Below, piece by piece: positions 27,491-42,164 of a stretch of 64,000 bases of DNA. The stretch lies in the NCBI RefSeq assembly GCF_009914755.1, contig NC_060927.1; one strand, given 5' to 3'. Numbering within the stretch: position 1 is the first letter of the stretch; each line of letters opens with the position of its first letter. The position numbers and the translations under genes are program-made. This DNA is from the human T2T-CHM13v2.0 reference genome, Homo sapiens. The notes under the pieces were generated by a model that was given only the letters and a program-made list of their open reading frames with translations, had not been told where the DNA came from and ran no database searches.

Positions 27491-28499
27491 AACAGACAAC
27501 TTACTTTCCCCACTTTCATGCCAAGCCTAAATCTAAAATCCTACACAATTCACTCTCATATAAAAAGACAAATACATAAAACAATACCCAAGGAGGAGAA
27601 CCAAAAGAAAATAAGTGAAACTAGACTTTTGCCCAATCCATTCCTGTTAAGGCTACACTCCAGAAAATGTGGTCAAGTCTGTGAAGTGGTACTTGATTTG
27701 TCAATAAAAATATTTCTCTATTCTTTCAATAAAATGTGGATTCACTTAAGGGGGTGAGGAGCAGCAATGTCATAGAGGTCATTACTCATTATTAATAATC
27801 CAAAGTATAAATTTGCCACATAAATACAGTACAAGCAAACTTTAAATGTTTTCTAGATTTTTAATTGATGTTAGAATTAATTGTATTCATGCTTTATAAT
27901 TTCAATGAAATTTTAATTGTGAAAGGCATTTTTTTCTTAGTTACTTGATTAAAGTCAATGCATATTCTCAATAAATCCTTAGCACTAACTAGTAACAAGG
28001 TTTCTTATTAAATGCTTATAAGTAATTATTACTAAGGCCCTATGGGTTTTCTTTTCTCCACTGATGTGCCCGTTTTATAGATTTCAGCTGCCTACACACA
28101 TTACCATCATCACCAATGAAATCCATATTTTCATATGGAGACGTCTTAGTACTCTCTAATGTCTGAATAATTTTTTATCTTTATTGATTCCTTCTGATGG
28201 GCTGAACTGTCACAAACACTGGGTATACTTTCTGTAATCTAAAAAGAAATAATGGAATATATGTGTAGTATAATTCATAAATATTGATTTTTACTGTTAT
28301 GCAGTCAATTCAAACAGTTCAAAAGAATATGCAACATGGTTCATAATTTCAGCTTTGACTTGAAATTTTAAGCTCTTATATAGTCTACAGGTGGTGAAAG
28401 CACCTCATGGGTATCCACCCTATTCAAATTAATGATAATAGGATATTTGTTTTAATAGGAACATTAATAGTTTACATTACAAAGGACTATAAAAATGTA

Positions 28500-28905
28500 C
28501 ATGGTAGAGCCTGCAAGTGGTGAGCATTAATCCTGTTTTCTCTTTGACTTCAGGACTCACAGCAAACATGTTTTTTCTGCCTTACTTAAAGTTAATGTGG
28601 TCATGTCCCTGGGTTCTGGCAAATTGAATCTGACTGGAATTGATGTTGCCAGTTCCAGAAAACCTGTTTTAAAATGTCCCATGTGATGGTCAGTCTCTTT
28701 CCTCATATGCTTATGGATTTTTATAACCTAGTGGTGGTGAGAGCAATGCAATCAGAAGAGTCCGAGTCATTCGTTCCAGTGAGTTATAGGTCTCCCTTCC
28801 AGAAATCATTTACCTCCATCTGCATTAAACTCAAGTGGGAATGGGAATTTAATTTCAATTATTAAGTCACCAATACTCATTAGAATTTTGTTATAGACTA
28901 ATAGA
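28500..28905 (+). mobile_element. MLT1 (I/J-like) LTR remnant
   Basis: 'gttaatgtggtcatgtccctgggttctggcaaattgaatc', 'attaagtcacc...ttttgttata'. Confidence 0.5.
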
Positions 28906-28949
28906 ATATTTTACAAAGTGTACTTTAAGTTTACATCTTTTACCGTAAT

Positions 28950-29125
28950 TATTACTCAGACTAATTGAGCAAGGTAGAGGTCCAATTTGAAAATAATAAA
29001 ATTGAAGCAAAAAGAAATTCAGTAAATTGCTAAGTGCCAGAAATGATAGATGATAAGTGGCAAAATTGAAACTTGACCATAAGAAATCTGTTTAGACATT
29101 TTCTTAAACATTATACCATCTCTTA
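28950..29125 (-). mobile_element. MIR fragment
   Basis: 'aaaattgaagcaaaaagaaattcagtaaattgctaag...taagtggcaaaattgaaacttgacc...ttcttaaacattatacca'. Confidence 0.55.
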
Positions 29126-29319
29126 ACCAGCTTTGTTATGGTTGGCAGGGGCATTTCTATTTAAGACCTTTCTCTCCCATCTTCTTTCTTCTCATAGTCT
29201 CTCAGTAACTGTAACCATTCTGTTTCCTTTGCTGTGTGCCACATTATTTTCTGCTTAATTATAATCATTTTGCTCTGTCAGGCTCTTATGTTGTAAGAGG
29301 CTGGGGGAAGTCAGGAGGA

Positions 29320-32300
29320 CTTAATTTTTTAAATTTTACTGTTAATTGATACATAGTAATTTCATATATTTGTGGGGTATACAGTGATAGTGATAGATGT
29401 ATAGATTCTGGAATGATCAAGTTTGAGTCATTAGCATATTGATCACCTCAAATATTTATTATTTCTTTGTTATAAAAATACTTAAAATCCTCTTTTAGCT
29501 ATTTTTAAATATACATTGTTAATTATAGTTACCTTGCTGTACAGTAGAACACCAGAATTTATGTTTTTTATCTAACTGTAACTTTGTGCCTGGTGGCCAA
29601 TGTCTCCCCATTTCCCTTCCGCCCTCACATCTACCCTCTAGTAATCACCATTCTGCTCTTTATTTTATAATTGCGACATTTTTAGGTACCATATATAAGC
29701 GAGATAATACAGTGTTTGTCTCTCTGTGTCTGGCTTTTTTCAGTTAACGTAATGAACTAGCTTCATCCATATTGTCACAAGTGACAGAATTGCCTGCATT
29801 TTAAAGGGTGAATAGTATATCATTTTGCATATATATCACATTTTAAAAATATTTTCATCTGTATCTTGACTATTGTGAATAATGCTACAAAGAACATGAG
29901 CATGTGGACATCCTTTCAGCACATTATTATTTTTTTTCCTTTGGATACATACCCAGCTGTGTGATTGCTGGATCATATGGTAGTTCTGTTATTAGTTTTT
30001 TGAGAATGTTTTTACTATTTTACAAATGAGCTGTACTAATTTAAAACATCATCAACAATTTATGAGCATTTTACTTTCTCCTTGTCCTCACCAACATTTA
30101 TCTTTCATCTTTTTGATAACAGCCAATCTAACAGATGTGAGGTGATAATATCTCATTATGTTTTTAATTTGCATTTCTCTAATTATTAAAGATGTTGACC
30201 ATTTTTAATATATCTATTGGTTGTTTGTATGTCTTCTTTTGAGAAATGTCTATTCAATTTATTTGCTTATACTTTAATATGATTATTTGTTTTCTTTTTA
30301 TTGAATAGTTTGAGTTTTTTGTATATTTTGGGTTTTAGCCCCTTATCTGAGGTAAGATTTGCTAGGATTTCATCACAATCTGTGGGTTGTCTCATCATTT
30401 CACTGTTTCTTTTGCTGTGCAGAAGCTTTTTAGTTTGATGGTATCTCATGTGCCTATTTTTTATTTTATTGCCTGTGCTTTGTGTGTCGTATTTATAAAA
30501 TCTCTGCTAAGACCAGTGTACAAAGGCTTTCCCTTATGTTTTCTTCTAGCAGTTTTATAGTTTCAGGTCTTACATTTAAATCTCCGATCCAATTTGAGTT
30601 GAATCTTGTGTAAGGGTTGATATAAAGATACATTTTCATTCTTCTCTGTATGAATATCCAGTTTTCCCAACACAATTTATTAAAGAGATTGTCCTTTCTC
30701 CAATGTGTGTTCTTTACTCCTTTATTGAAAATCAATTGACTATAATTATATGGCTTCATTTCTGGGTTCTCTATCATTGGTAAGTGTGTATGTTTTTATG
30801 CCAGTACCATATTGTTTTTGTTACTATACTTTCTAATATATTTTGAAATTCAGTATTGCTGTATGTCCTGCCTTTTTTTGGGGTCAAGATTGTTAAGACT
30901 ATTCAGGAACTTTTTTAGTTCTATACAAATTTTAGAATATTCTTTCCATTTATTTGAAGAATGACATTGGAACTTTGATAGGAGTTTTATTTAATTAGTA
31001 GATTGCTTGGGGCAGTATAATATTTTAACAACATTAATTCTTCCAAAAGCATGGTCTATATTTCCACTTATTTATGTGTATTTATGTCTTTAATTTCATT
31101 CACCAATATTTTTAAATTTTCAGTACACAGAAATTTTACTTTTGTTGTTAAATTCACTCTCATGTATTTTATTTTGCTTTTGTAAGTGGTATTGTTTTCT
31201 TAACTTCTTTTTCAGAGAGTTTGTTGTTAATGTATAAACATGCTACTAATTTCATAAGTTGAATTGGTATCCCACAACTTTACTAAATTTGTTTATTAGC
31301 GGCTACGGTTTGAATGTGTCCCCAAAATTCCGTATGTTAAAAACTTAAGCTCTAAATTTATGTGTTGATTGGAGGCTGGAAGGTAATCTCCCATGATAGT
31401 ACTGATTGCTTTAAAAAGAAAGGAAGAGAGATCTGGCAGGCACACTCCAATCATGTCGTGTCCTTCTGCCATGTTATATCACAGTAAGAAAGCCCTCGCT
31501 AGATGTAGCCCCTCAGTCTTGGTCTCCCCATCTTCTATAACAGTAATAAATTTATTTTCTTTATAAATTACCCAGTCTGTAATATTTTGTTATAGCAACA
31601 GGAAACAAAGTGAAACATAAGTTTTATACAGTTTTTTGGTGGAGTCTTTAGGGTTTTTTTTTTTTTTTTGTAGATAAGATCATGTATTCAAACAGAGACA
31701 ATTTTAATTCATTCTTTCTGATTTGAATTTTTTTTTTTTATTTCTTTCTCTTGTATAGTTGTTCTGGCTAGGACTGCCTTTACTGGGTTTACCAAAAATA
31801 GTGAGAGTGAGAATTCTTACCTTGTTCCTGATCTTAGAGTAAAAGCCTTCAACTTTTCACCCTCAGGTATTACATTAGCTGTGAGCTTATGATATACGGC
31901 CTTTATTGATTGAGGAACAGTTCTTCTACCGCTAATTTGTTGAGAATTTTTATAATGAAAATTTTAAATTGTGTCAAATACTTTTTCTGCTTCTGTTGAG
32001 ATCATATGGTTTTTGTTATTTATTCTGTTGATATGGTGAATCATATTTATTGATTTGCTTATGTTGAACTAACCTTGTATCACAGGTATAAATTCCACTT
32101 GAACATGATGAATGATTCTTTTAATGTACCATTGAAGATGGTTTGCTAGTATTTTGTTGGGGATTTTAAAATCTATTTTTATGAGTGGTACTAGCCTGTA
32201 GTTTTCTTTTCTTGTAACGCCTTTGGCTTTGGTGTCATGGAAATGCTGGCCTTAGAAAATGAACTTATTCCTTCCCTTTGCATTTTTGGGAGGGTTTGAG

Positions 32301-32615
32301 AAAGATTGTTCTCCTTTGACTGTGTGGTAGAATCTAGCCATGAAGCCAGCTGATCCTGAGTTTTTCCTTGATTGAAGGCTTTTATTTACTGATTTGATTT
32401 TCTTTTTCAATTGTTGATCTGTCCAGATTTCCTTTTTTTTTTTGATTCAGTATTGGTAGGTTATGTTTCTAGTAATTTATTTTATTTTCTAGATTGTTCA
32501 ATTAGTTGGTACATAATTGTATATAGCAGTCTCCTTTTTTATTACTTGTAATTTCTCTATTACTTCTTTTATGAGACTTATCTCTCTTTTTTCTAAGTTT
32601 ATCTAAGCATTTGTA
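29320..32615 (-). mobile_element. L1MA (MA4-MA6-like) 3' ~3 kb
   Basis: Antisense ORF2 peptide at 30493-30777 (IENPEMKPYNYSQLIFNKG...LFNKLCWENW); L1MA 3'UTR at 29320-29830. Confidence 0.9.
31301..31617 (+). mobile_element. MSTC/MSTD-like MaLR solo LTR nested in L1MA
   Basis: 'gctacggtttgaatgtgtcccc...ataaattacccagtctgtaatattttgttatagcaaca...aca'; degenerate 5-bp TSD ttagc/taagt. Confidence 0.85.
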
Positions 32616-34539
32616 AATAAAAAGCATAAAAAAATTCTTTGATGGAGTCAGCCTTCTCAAATTTAGCTAAGGAAACACAGCATTTTGAGACTCAAGTGGT
32701 TTATTTATAAAATGGTTGCTCTGGCTCAATTTTTCTCAACAGTAAAAGGTATTGATTAATTAAGGAAGAGCATAAAACTAGAACAGTTACTTCTTGGCTT
32801 ACTATATTTTAGAGCAATGGATTGCATTCTCACAAGTAAACATATTTTTGGCTTGGTTCCTAAAGGAATACATTATCCAGGAAAATCAGAACTGTTTATA
32901 AATGATTTAAATTGTGAACTCATTAAGAAGACATCAAACTTAACTTTCTGTCCTGAGCAATATATATTATTGTTACTTATACTTTTTTCTTTTTATGTGT
33001 ATTTTAAGTAATGACATTTAATGTATACACACATAAAATAGATGTATTATTCACGTAAAAGAAAAAGACCTCTTGTAGAAAGAAAATGTATTTTTTTTCT
33101 ATTATACTAATCTCTAGAATGGGATCTCTATTCTTGTCAAGTGCTTTGGGCAAGAGTTCACCAGAAAACTCTGGGCAAGCTGATGTAAATCACACTTTTT
33201 AGTTGGGGCATATTTTCTCATATTGGTGACAGTGATTGGTTTCAACTAAGATGATCCAAATGAGATGGAATTTTGAATATTTAATTTACTAAGAATTCAT
33301 AAGTAGCTGGAGAAAGACAGAACTTCTTTTAAATAGAAATTCAATGTTAAGGGATATAGCATTTTAGCACCCCACATGTTACCAAGAGAAAATAACTTAT
33401 GACTTTGGAGAAAAATTTATTTGCAAAGAAATTTCCTCAATGGACATTTTAATTTTACAAAGTGAAAGCAAAAATATCTGTTTAGTGGCAATATGAGGCA
33501 CAAAACACCCATCTGCTCTACAGAATAATAGACATTACTTTTTACATTTAGATAATAATGCCTATAAGCTAGTTATGTTTTCTTTTAGATGTTCTTAGAC
33601 CTTTAAACAGTATAGCTTTTTCTTCTTGATGTGTATAAACTTATGCAAGTCTTTAACGATGGCAGAAGAATCCTAAGCGACAAACCCCATCTTTGATTGT
33701 AACTCTGAAAACTCAATATATATCCTTTAATTTTCTTGATTGTATTAATGCCATGATGGAGTGGGAGGGAAAGTCCATTTGGCTTTACAAAATAAAGGCA
33801 CAAACATGGAAGCATTGATTTATATGGTAAATTGTAGTTCAAATTTTTTTACTAATTATATAATCATCATGCAAAAGTCTAATCCTTATAAATTGTTGTG
33901 ATTTTGTATTAATTATATATATGTAATTATAAAAAATATCGCTAATTTTCAAAATATCCTAACAATACATTCAGCCAATTGGGAACATTAAATTTCACAA
34001 GAGAGGTAGGATGTAGATATTTAATATCTCATTTCTGAAATTATATATTTTTAAGAATCTAACATACATCTTATATATAAGAAATCTGAAATGATGTACA
34101 TAGGTATATAATTTAATGCTAACTTTAAAGATATTTCTAAAAAGCCACAATACAATAGAAAAAAAATTTACTGTTTTCTTTATGTTCTTTAAATAAAGTC
34201 AAGCTTTAATGCATATATTGTGATAAAGATACGATGAGAAAACATTTTCCTACATTTGTTGATATGCTTATTTAATATGTCTAGAGTATATTCTTTATCC
34301 TTAGGCAAAACATTCCTTGAGGGTAAATCTGTCACAATTTAAAAACCATTAGAATATTTTATATTAAAGAGCCTTAGGCAGATAAGTAATTAATGAGTAT
34401 CGCTTACTGTTAGAACTAATGTTAATATGAGTGGAAATCATGGACAAAATGGGATTATAAATTGTCATATCCATTTTATGTATCGTGACTTCTAATTTTC
34501 AATACGAATTTATCATATGCCTAACATTCAAAGACATAA

Positions 34540-34905
34540 TTCATTTAACTTATTTTCTGACTGCTAACTATGTAATAGGTATTATTCTAGACATTGATAA
34601 CACTTTATTGAATAAAATTGATATATACCTTGCCCTTACAAAGTTTACATTCTATTAGCAAAAATTAAATAAGTATTTAATGCCATATTTGTTCATGATA
34701 AGCACTAGCGGAAAAAAACAGAACAGAGTAATAACATTGTACTATTTTGGTAAGGGTGATTACTGAAAACCCTTCCTAAAAAAATGAAATTGAACACAGA
34801 CTACAATAAAGTGAGGAAAAGAACTACACAGATATCTGGGTAGAGATAATTTCTTGTAGAGGTAATATCAAGTGAAAAGGTCATAAAATGAGACAATGTT
34901 AGGCA
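34540..34905 (-). mobile_element. L2 3' fragment
   Basis: 'tcatttaacttattttctgactgctaactatgtaataggtattattctagac', 'ccttgcccttacaaagtttacattcta', 'cagatatctgggtagag'. Confidence 0.65.
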
Positions 34906-35149
34906 AGTTTGATTTTTAGCAAGTTTGGATGACTCACAGTCATTAGGCTGTAACATATTGCCTTCCAAATCATCATACATCTGCTTATTGTTTTCTGAAT
35001 TTTGGTTGACATAACATTGTTTCAGATAATATTTAGCGGTCATATAATACCGTTATATCTTTATTTTTACAGTGGAATATAAAACAAGTTAACCTTTTAA
35101 AAAATTCTAGACAAAAATATCACATTGGCATTTCTAAATGACATTTGTG

Positions 35150-35327
35150 TTTATATATATACACACACAGAGACATATTCAGCCATTAAAATAATTGAGT
35201 TCATTAAAATTAGTATATATGTATAAATATTCTACACACACAAACCACATGCACACACATATGTGTATATGTGTATATATGTGTGTGTTTATATATGTAT
35301 ACACACAAATTATCTCTGAAAAGAAAA

Positions 35328-35365
<38 letters not shown>

Positions 35366-35395
35366 TCACATATCTCTGTGTGTGTATGTGTGGTC
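35150..35395. repeat. Compound TA/CA/TG low-complexity array including (TA)15 at 35331-35360
   Basis: Read directly. Confidence 0.9.
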
Positions 35396-36377
35396 TGTGC
35401 TTGTATAATGTCTTCTGGTATTTCATATACTGTCAGATACTTTTTCTACAAATTGAACATTCTGGAAAACCATTCTTCTAGACAAGCTGATTATTATGTA
35501 AGCTTTGTTTTTCAGGTTGACTTCTTGTGCTTCTTCCAACCACATTAGATGGTCATAGCACAGGCAGACAGTAGATGGTGCTTTTTAAGGTGGTAGCAAA
35601 TTTCAGTTTGACTTGCAGTCTAGAGTTGAAACTGGGTGAGCTAGTTATGAATGAGAAGTCATTGATTATTGTCTTAGGGCTTTGTTTTGTTCTGTTTTTA
35701 TAAATCACAGCAATATATATTGAAACATTCAAGGAGAGTATGATTTAGGCATGCAGTCTACTAAAGATAGGAAATAGTTATCTTTTCTCCCTCAAATCTC
35801 CTACAATCATTGTGATATAAACAGGTGAGCTCCTAGGAGCAGAATTGACAAGGTTAGAAAGCAGATCTGGACTAAGATACAGGGAAGAAATCTAGCACAT
35901 AATTGACAACCAAAAATGTGGCTTGCAGCTTTGACATAAATATCAAACTGGAAACAATCCTCCTACTACCCCCAAATTTGAAACATGACAGTTAGATGTT
36001 TTAAGCAGATTCTCTTTAAAAATTTATTTCTTTAAGGATATCTAACCGAGGGTAATTTGTAATAAAATTATAATTTCTCTAAAATACTGATTACCAAAAA
36101 GCCTCAGAGAATTTATATTCAGACCAATTAGATATTAATAAGCCAATTGTTTCTCTTCAGCATCCACGTTCTTCACTCTCAATGATCCAAAAAACATTCA
36201 AAAACCATATATTGAGTTACTAGTATATAGTGAGCATTTTACTAAAAATAAAAAGATGAATAAGACAAACGGACTATTTTCATACTTGTGAATGAGAGAG
36301 AAAAAAGCAAAACCAAAATAATATTATTTGAAAATATCTATGGAATAAGAAAAATCTGTTGCTTGAGATACCCCATC

Positions 36378-36982
36378 CAGTCAATCCTTGTTATTCATGG
36401 TAATTTTGTTTTACTGCAAACACTGAATTAGTTAATTCTGAACCATTGTTCCTAAGGGAGATATAGGGCTAGGTTCCTGTGAGCCTCTGGTCACAACATT
36501 ATTAGCAATTCTTAAATAACATAAGCTTGCTTTTTGTGTTACTGTTTAAAAATACGTTATTTAATAATACAGGCAACAGGAATATAATTTGTACCTGAAT
36601 GAAGCTTATTTAACATACAAATTATCTCTGAAAAGTAAATCAATGACTTCTGGTATTTAGGGGGATTAGAAAGCACTTCAGCACTATGCTTGGGGCTGTT
36701 TTACACAGTGAAATCACCAACAAAACTCACAAAATCATGGCTTTAAATGGACCTTGTAAAGGAAACGTTTACAGTATAAGAACTGAAATAATAAGGCAGA
36801 GCATAGTCTTGTCTGACTTCAGCTGGGAATATGCATGTCAGGTATCTCAAATATTTTTCACTCTGCACAAATCTTCAAATGTCCATGACATTTTCACAAG
36901 TATTGACTTTGTGGTTACACATAAATTTTAGTGAGTAGGCAAATTCACAAATATGGAATTAATAAATAATGAGGATCAACCT
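36378..36982 (-). mobile_element. MER82 (TcMar-Tigger) non-autonomous DNA transposon
   Basis: Degenerate TIRs cagtcaatccttgttattc / aataatgaggatcaac; internal 'ttcagctgggaatatgcatgtcagg', 'aaattttagtgagtaggcaaattcacaaatatggaat'. Confidence 0.85.
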
Positions 36983-38739
36983 TTTTTCTAATCGTCACTT
37001 CTGTTCCCTTTCACCTGATTCTGTGATCCTTACTTTTCTCCCAGGGCCTCTTAGAGTTCGCCAGTCTTTCTTGTATGCTTGTTCATAGCTCTCAGTGTAA
37101 CACTTATTCTACTGCTGTGGAGTTGTGTGATTAATCTACTTTTATTCAAACTACACAGTGATCACCTCAAAAGCATAGATCATAAAAAAAAACCATTTCT
37201 GTAACCTCAGATCCTCAGTACCTGACACATACTAAGCATTAATTTAACATCTGTGTACAGAAAAAAGGGAAAGAAAGAGGAAGGGAAGGAGTTAGGATGG
37301 AAAGTGAGCAATTCATTTGTAATAAACCATTAACAAACAACTATCTCAATAAGTCTGTAATTTACTGCTATATTACATGTCCTCCAGAAATTCATTTTAT
37401 TTAATTTTTCTATCCTTGAAGTAATAATAGTAATAATAGTTTTTACTTAGTTTGCTGGAATCTCTGGGCATAGTCAGGGGGAAATAAAATTATTTTGAGC
37501 TCATTAGAAAATGCGATCTAAATTTGAGGCCAGTGATATTATTAGTAAGTTACAATTACTTTTGCCAAAAGGCTTTAGAAGAATATATAAGTAAAATCCT
37601 CTGAATTTGTTAATTTTGCTTGAGGTGAAATAAAAAGTAATAAAAATGTTTCTTCTGTAACCAGGATGACTTCAAAATGAGGCTTTTGGATTAAGAAAGG
37701 AAAAACTAAAACAATGATAGTATACATTTACCTATAAACAATCCCCTATCATCACTGGCAGCATGTTTGACACTTTTCTGAGTGCAGAAGACAAGTTTTC
37801 TACTAGTTCTCCAGTTATTTTTAAGCTCTCAGTCTAAGCAATATGATTTTGGAGCAGATTTAATGTGCATATGCAGAGTACCAACTAATTCTCTTTTTCT
37901 TCTGAAATAAGGACAGTAGATTTGTTACTGTTGTTCAGCTATATCATATTAAGATCTCAAAAAGAAGAAATGAACCAAAAGTGGTGATACCTTGTGGATA
38001 AATGGGTAAAAGGAGAAGGCATAACTCCATTTATTTAGGATACAAATTCGATACTATCCATATATATTCTCTCTATTTTATGTTAGGGACTCATGTCATG
38101 GTTACAAAAAGGCACAGCCCAGCTTATCTTCTCTAATGAAATAGGTGGTTTTATTTGAGAATAAATATAAGAAAAAACACATGAAGAAACATTGTTATAG
38201 TATCTTCTATGCATTGTATGTTTATAGTTCAGGTGATTTACTTAAAATAGATGAGACATTTAAATATTTGAAATTAAATTTACAATAGGGGCAGTCTGTG
38301 CTTTCAAATAAATACTACAAGTATGAGTAAGAATAGAAAACAGTATTTCCTACATTCTTAGAAACACAAAGCAATTAACTGTTAAGTATTTCAAAACAAG
38401 TTTTTGAAATAAAGCAATCTCCCAGAAAATATAAACGAATAAAAGCTTAATTGTTACACCATTTTAGATATTTATATTTAATAGAATTATACTATATTTG
38501 ACCCAATTTATTTAATACTGGTTACATAATTATAAAACTGATGATTATTTTATCCTGTTACATGTGTATATGTTTTTTCCCCAGGTGGGGATTTGTAGAC
38601 TTAATACTAGTTTTGTTAAATATGTACAAATATCATGACTGTGAGTTAGTAGAAAGAACCATAGTTTGCAGTATTTCTACTCTGAATATTTAAAAAGCAA
38701 ACAAGTCTATCCTCATCTCAGAACTTGCCTTAAATTTCA

Positions 38740-39268
38740 TCTGTTCCTATTATTTGTTGCTAGATTTTTAAAAAGCAAATAAAAAACACTCCAGAAGATA
38801 ATGGCTTAAAACAATGACATTTATTTTGATTAAGTATCTGTAATTTAGCAGACTTTTGTGCGGAAAGCTCCTATCTGTTCCACTTGGCCGCAGAGGCTTG
38901 AAGGTTGAGCCCTGAAATCATTAGAGACTCACTTACGTGTCTGGTACTTGAAGCTGTTTACCTTCTGGGATTACTACCAGAAAACTGACATGCATTCTTT
39001 CTGTGTGGCAACACGCTTTCTTTAGAGCATAGTGATTGTGATCCTTGCATGAGCATAACCTAGGGTGAGATAACCATATGGAAGTTGTATTATCTTTTAT
39101 AACCTATACTCAGACATCATAAAGTGCTGCTTCTGCTGCATTCCATTTATTAGAATCACTACTAAGTCCATATTCAAGTGGAGGGGTATTCAGTTTCATA
39201 TTTCCAGAGCATGTTAGGGTGGAATATGTATGAATGTGACCATCTTTGGAAAATATAATTTGCCATTA
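38740..39268 (-). mobile_element. MLT1 (G/H-like) LTR
   Basis: 'aatggcttaaaacaatgacatttatt', 'ttctgctgcattccatttattagaatcactactaagtccatattcaagtggagggg', 'catctttggaaaatataatttgcca'. Confidence 0.6.
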
Positions 39269-40864
39269 TCTCTCAGCTTGGTTAAATTTCCTGACTTATT
39301 CTAATGCTACTCCTCTATTTTTTCCACTTTATGTTTGATCATTCAGCATGTAGAAGGACAATTTATCTTGTTCCAGTTACTTTGGGTGAGAAGAAACTAT
39401 TTCCTGAACAAGTGCCAATAAACTATTTGTTGTCCATCATATAGGTAATAAAGTTCCATCTTATAGTTGGCTATATTCAGTTGCAGAAAATTCTAATACT
39501 TCTTTCCTTCATCTTTAATGTCTGAATTATAGAATATTTATTACAAAAAGATAGGTATAAAATAATACATGTTGAGAAAATAAGGTCATAAAAATTAAAT
39601 TTAACAATAATAAAATAATATTCCCAGGATTGTAAATACAGTAAATGAAGCAAAGATTAATTGTAAATCAATATTTAGTGTGAACTTTTTACAAAGTTTA
39701 CCATAAGTGCATTTTCAGGCTGATGATGAAATTAATACTATTTTTTCGGGAATACTTTAAACTGGTAATTTTTTTGTTTTTTGTCACCTGTAGCTGTGGC
39801 AAAAGATAGCCTCCATATAAATGAATGAGAGAAGAAATCATAAAAGATTTATTTCTGCTGCTTCATTTTTCTTATTTATATCTAACATTCTGCACATTTA
39901 CCATGAGCTTCCTCACATTTCAAAAACAGTTAGTCATCTTTGAGAACAAATAGTGCTATTTACTTCTGTCCTCAGAGAAAACGTATGGTTTAGTGGGTGA
40001 GATGTCCAGAACAATAAGGAAAACTTGTGTTCTGTATTCCCAACAGAAGAAATAGATCATCTGTAAATGACTCCCAGCACAATCATGGCAGGTCTCAGAA
40101 CTGCACAGAGTTATATAAACTCTGAGAAAAAAAAATCAACAGACTGCTGTTATGCAGATACATAAAGCTCATCACAAAGTTACGAAAACAGAATACTCAT
40201 AACAAAGTGTTTTAGTTATATTTTTATGTAATTTAGTGTACATACACATACACATATTGATTTTCAGCGGCAATGACAGAAAATTATTAGGTTAAATTAA
40301 TATGACCAAATAAGAATAGGAGAAAAATAAATTTTAGTACAAATCAAAGTGAATTGATTATAAAGCTTAATGAATTATTATGGTATAGTATATGTGATTT
40401 CAGTCTTCAATGTGCTTCAAAGTTATTACAGATATATGAAAATTTTAAATCATAATCATAAAACTAAGAGATTGTATTATACAAAATTTTATACATTAAA
40501 ATATGAATTATTTTCTATGTGATTTTCTCTTCTAAATCATATTCCAATATAAAATAATTACATGATAAATAACTTGAAGGAAAATATCTAACAAAATTTG
40601 TTGCTCTGAATTTATTTGTTCATGTGTCATATACTATTTACATTTTGCAAGAGGATTAATATGGTAAAACATATACCTCCATAAAAACTGAGTTTCTATT
40701 AATTTTTTTATAACATATTACTACCTTCTTACAAATGGTCTTGAAGTAAATTATGATTATATAACATAAAAAGAAAGAACTGTTAGATTCTAACATTTAC
40801 TGAGTTCATACCACACCACATGCCAGGCTTATTTCACAGAAAATTAACATATTTTTAAAAGCTT

Positions 40865-40889
40865 GGCCAGGTGCAGTGGCTCATGCCTG
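40865..40889 (+). mobile_element. Alu 5' stub (consensus positions 1-25 only)
   Basis: ggccaggtgcagtggctcatgcctg equals the Alu start with all four CpGs decayed; preceded by ttttaaaagctt. Confidence 0.75.
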
Positions 40890-42164
40890 ACAGAAATATC
40901 ATGTCAGCAAAAATTTCATCTTCATAATTAAACACTGATCTATAGCTGTGAACCCATGTGTATGTTTCAAATAAAGTGAACACTTGGGTGTAATATATCT
41001 GATAATATGGAGTGTGTTTCAGTTAAAGAATAATACTATCCCACAAAAGTACAGATTTCAGAAAGAATGGAGAGGATTTCCCAGGTAAAGCAGCACATAA
41101 AAATTTCCACTTTTAATTTCACTTTCTTGGTTAGTAAAAAATCAAGGCACAATGGCATAAAATTTGTGCTTTTATTTATTTTTAAAGCTGTTATTTCTTC
41201 TTGTGAAATAATTCTTATCGAAACTAATGTTTCAAGTGCAGTTGTAAAACTATGACTGTACAGATATACTCCTATACCTCATTTTATTTCTGACAGGTTT
41301 TTTTTGTGTGTGTGTGATGGAGCCATTAGTTTTAAAAGCCATGACTAGTTTCTTTCATGTCTATCTTCCTTCTGATTACTCAGTAATAGAAAATGTTGTT
41401 TTCCTATATATTTGAATTGTGAAGAGAGCAATTTTTTGGGGGCAAGAGTGATAGAGAGATTTCTGTACTGAATGGAGATAAACTTCAGTGCTACCAATGT
41501 CAGATTACATCAATTTATTTGGCATCAACATTTTAAAAGGAAAATGGATCTTGATTCATTTTGACACATATGTCTGGTCTGAGTATAATCTGCAAGGTGC
41601 TTCATGCTGCCTTTCAAATTTAATGGAACACTGTGCTTCTTCAGGAGTAGTAACATATGCTTCATAAGTTTTTCCAGATATGTGATATGGTTTTTTGTGA
41701 GATTATGACAAGAGACATTCAGTTTACTATAATAAGTGAGATTACTGCATGCTTGATTTTTGTTATTTGGTTGAGAAGTGGAGAAGGTGTTGGCTTTATA
41801 TCACAAATACTTCAAGCTGCATATTAATTATAAGTTAGAAACCCTGATATAATTAGATAGTAACATTTTAATCTTACTAAAAGAAAATCATGTACTTGGA
41901 ATAAAAAGATATTGTAGACCTCTGCCCAGGTGGTATTTTATGTACAAAAAATTAAAACAAGGATTCCTTATGACTTTAAGGCTGTAGAGTATCCATGGTT
42001 CTGCCTAATGGTAGTGTGATGAGCTTCTGTATGAAATGAAGCTCTCAAGTCTATAAAAGTAGACTAGAAAGAAAATGTCTTATACATAATTCAAAGTGTT
42101 GCATGTATAATTCAGTCTTAAATGATAATCATGTTGGGCCATCCGAAACTGCTGGTACTCAACT

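Noticed and set aside
33640-33920. Repeat-free stretch with a PBX-HOX-like TGATTTAT and TAAT motifs (possible conserved enhancer)
   Set aside because: Such motifs are frequent by chance at this AT content, and conservation cannot be seen from one sequence.
35195-35548. 117-aa ORF
   Set aside because: Open only because it runs through TA/CA/TG microsatellites (YIYIYI, THTH, CVCV).
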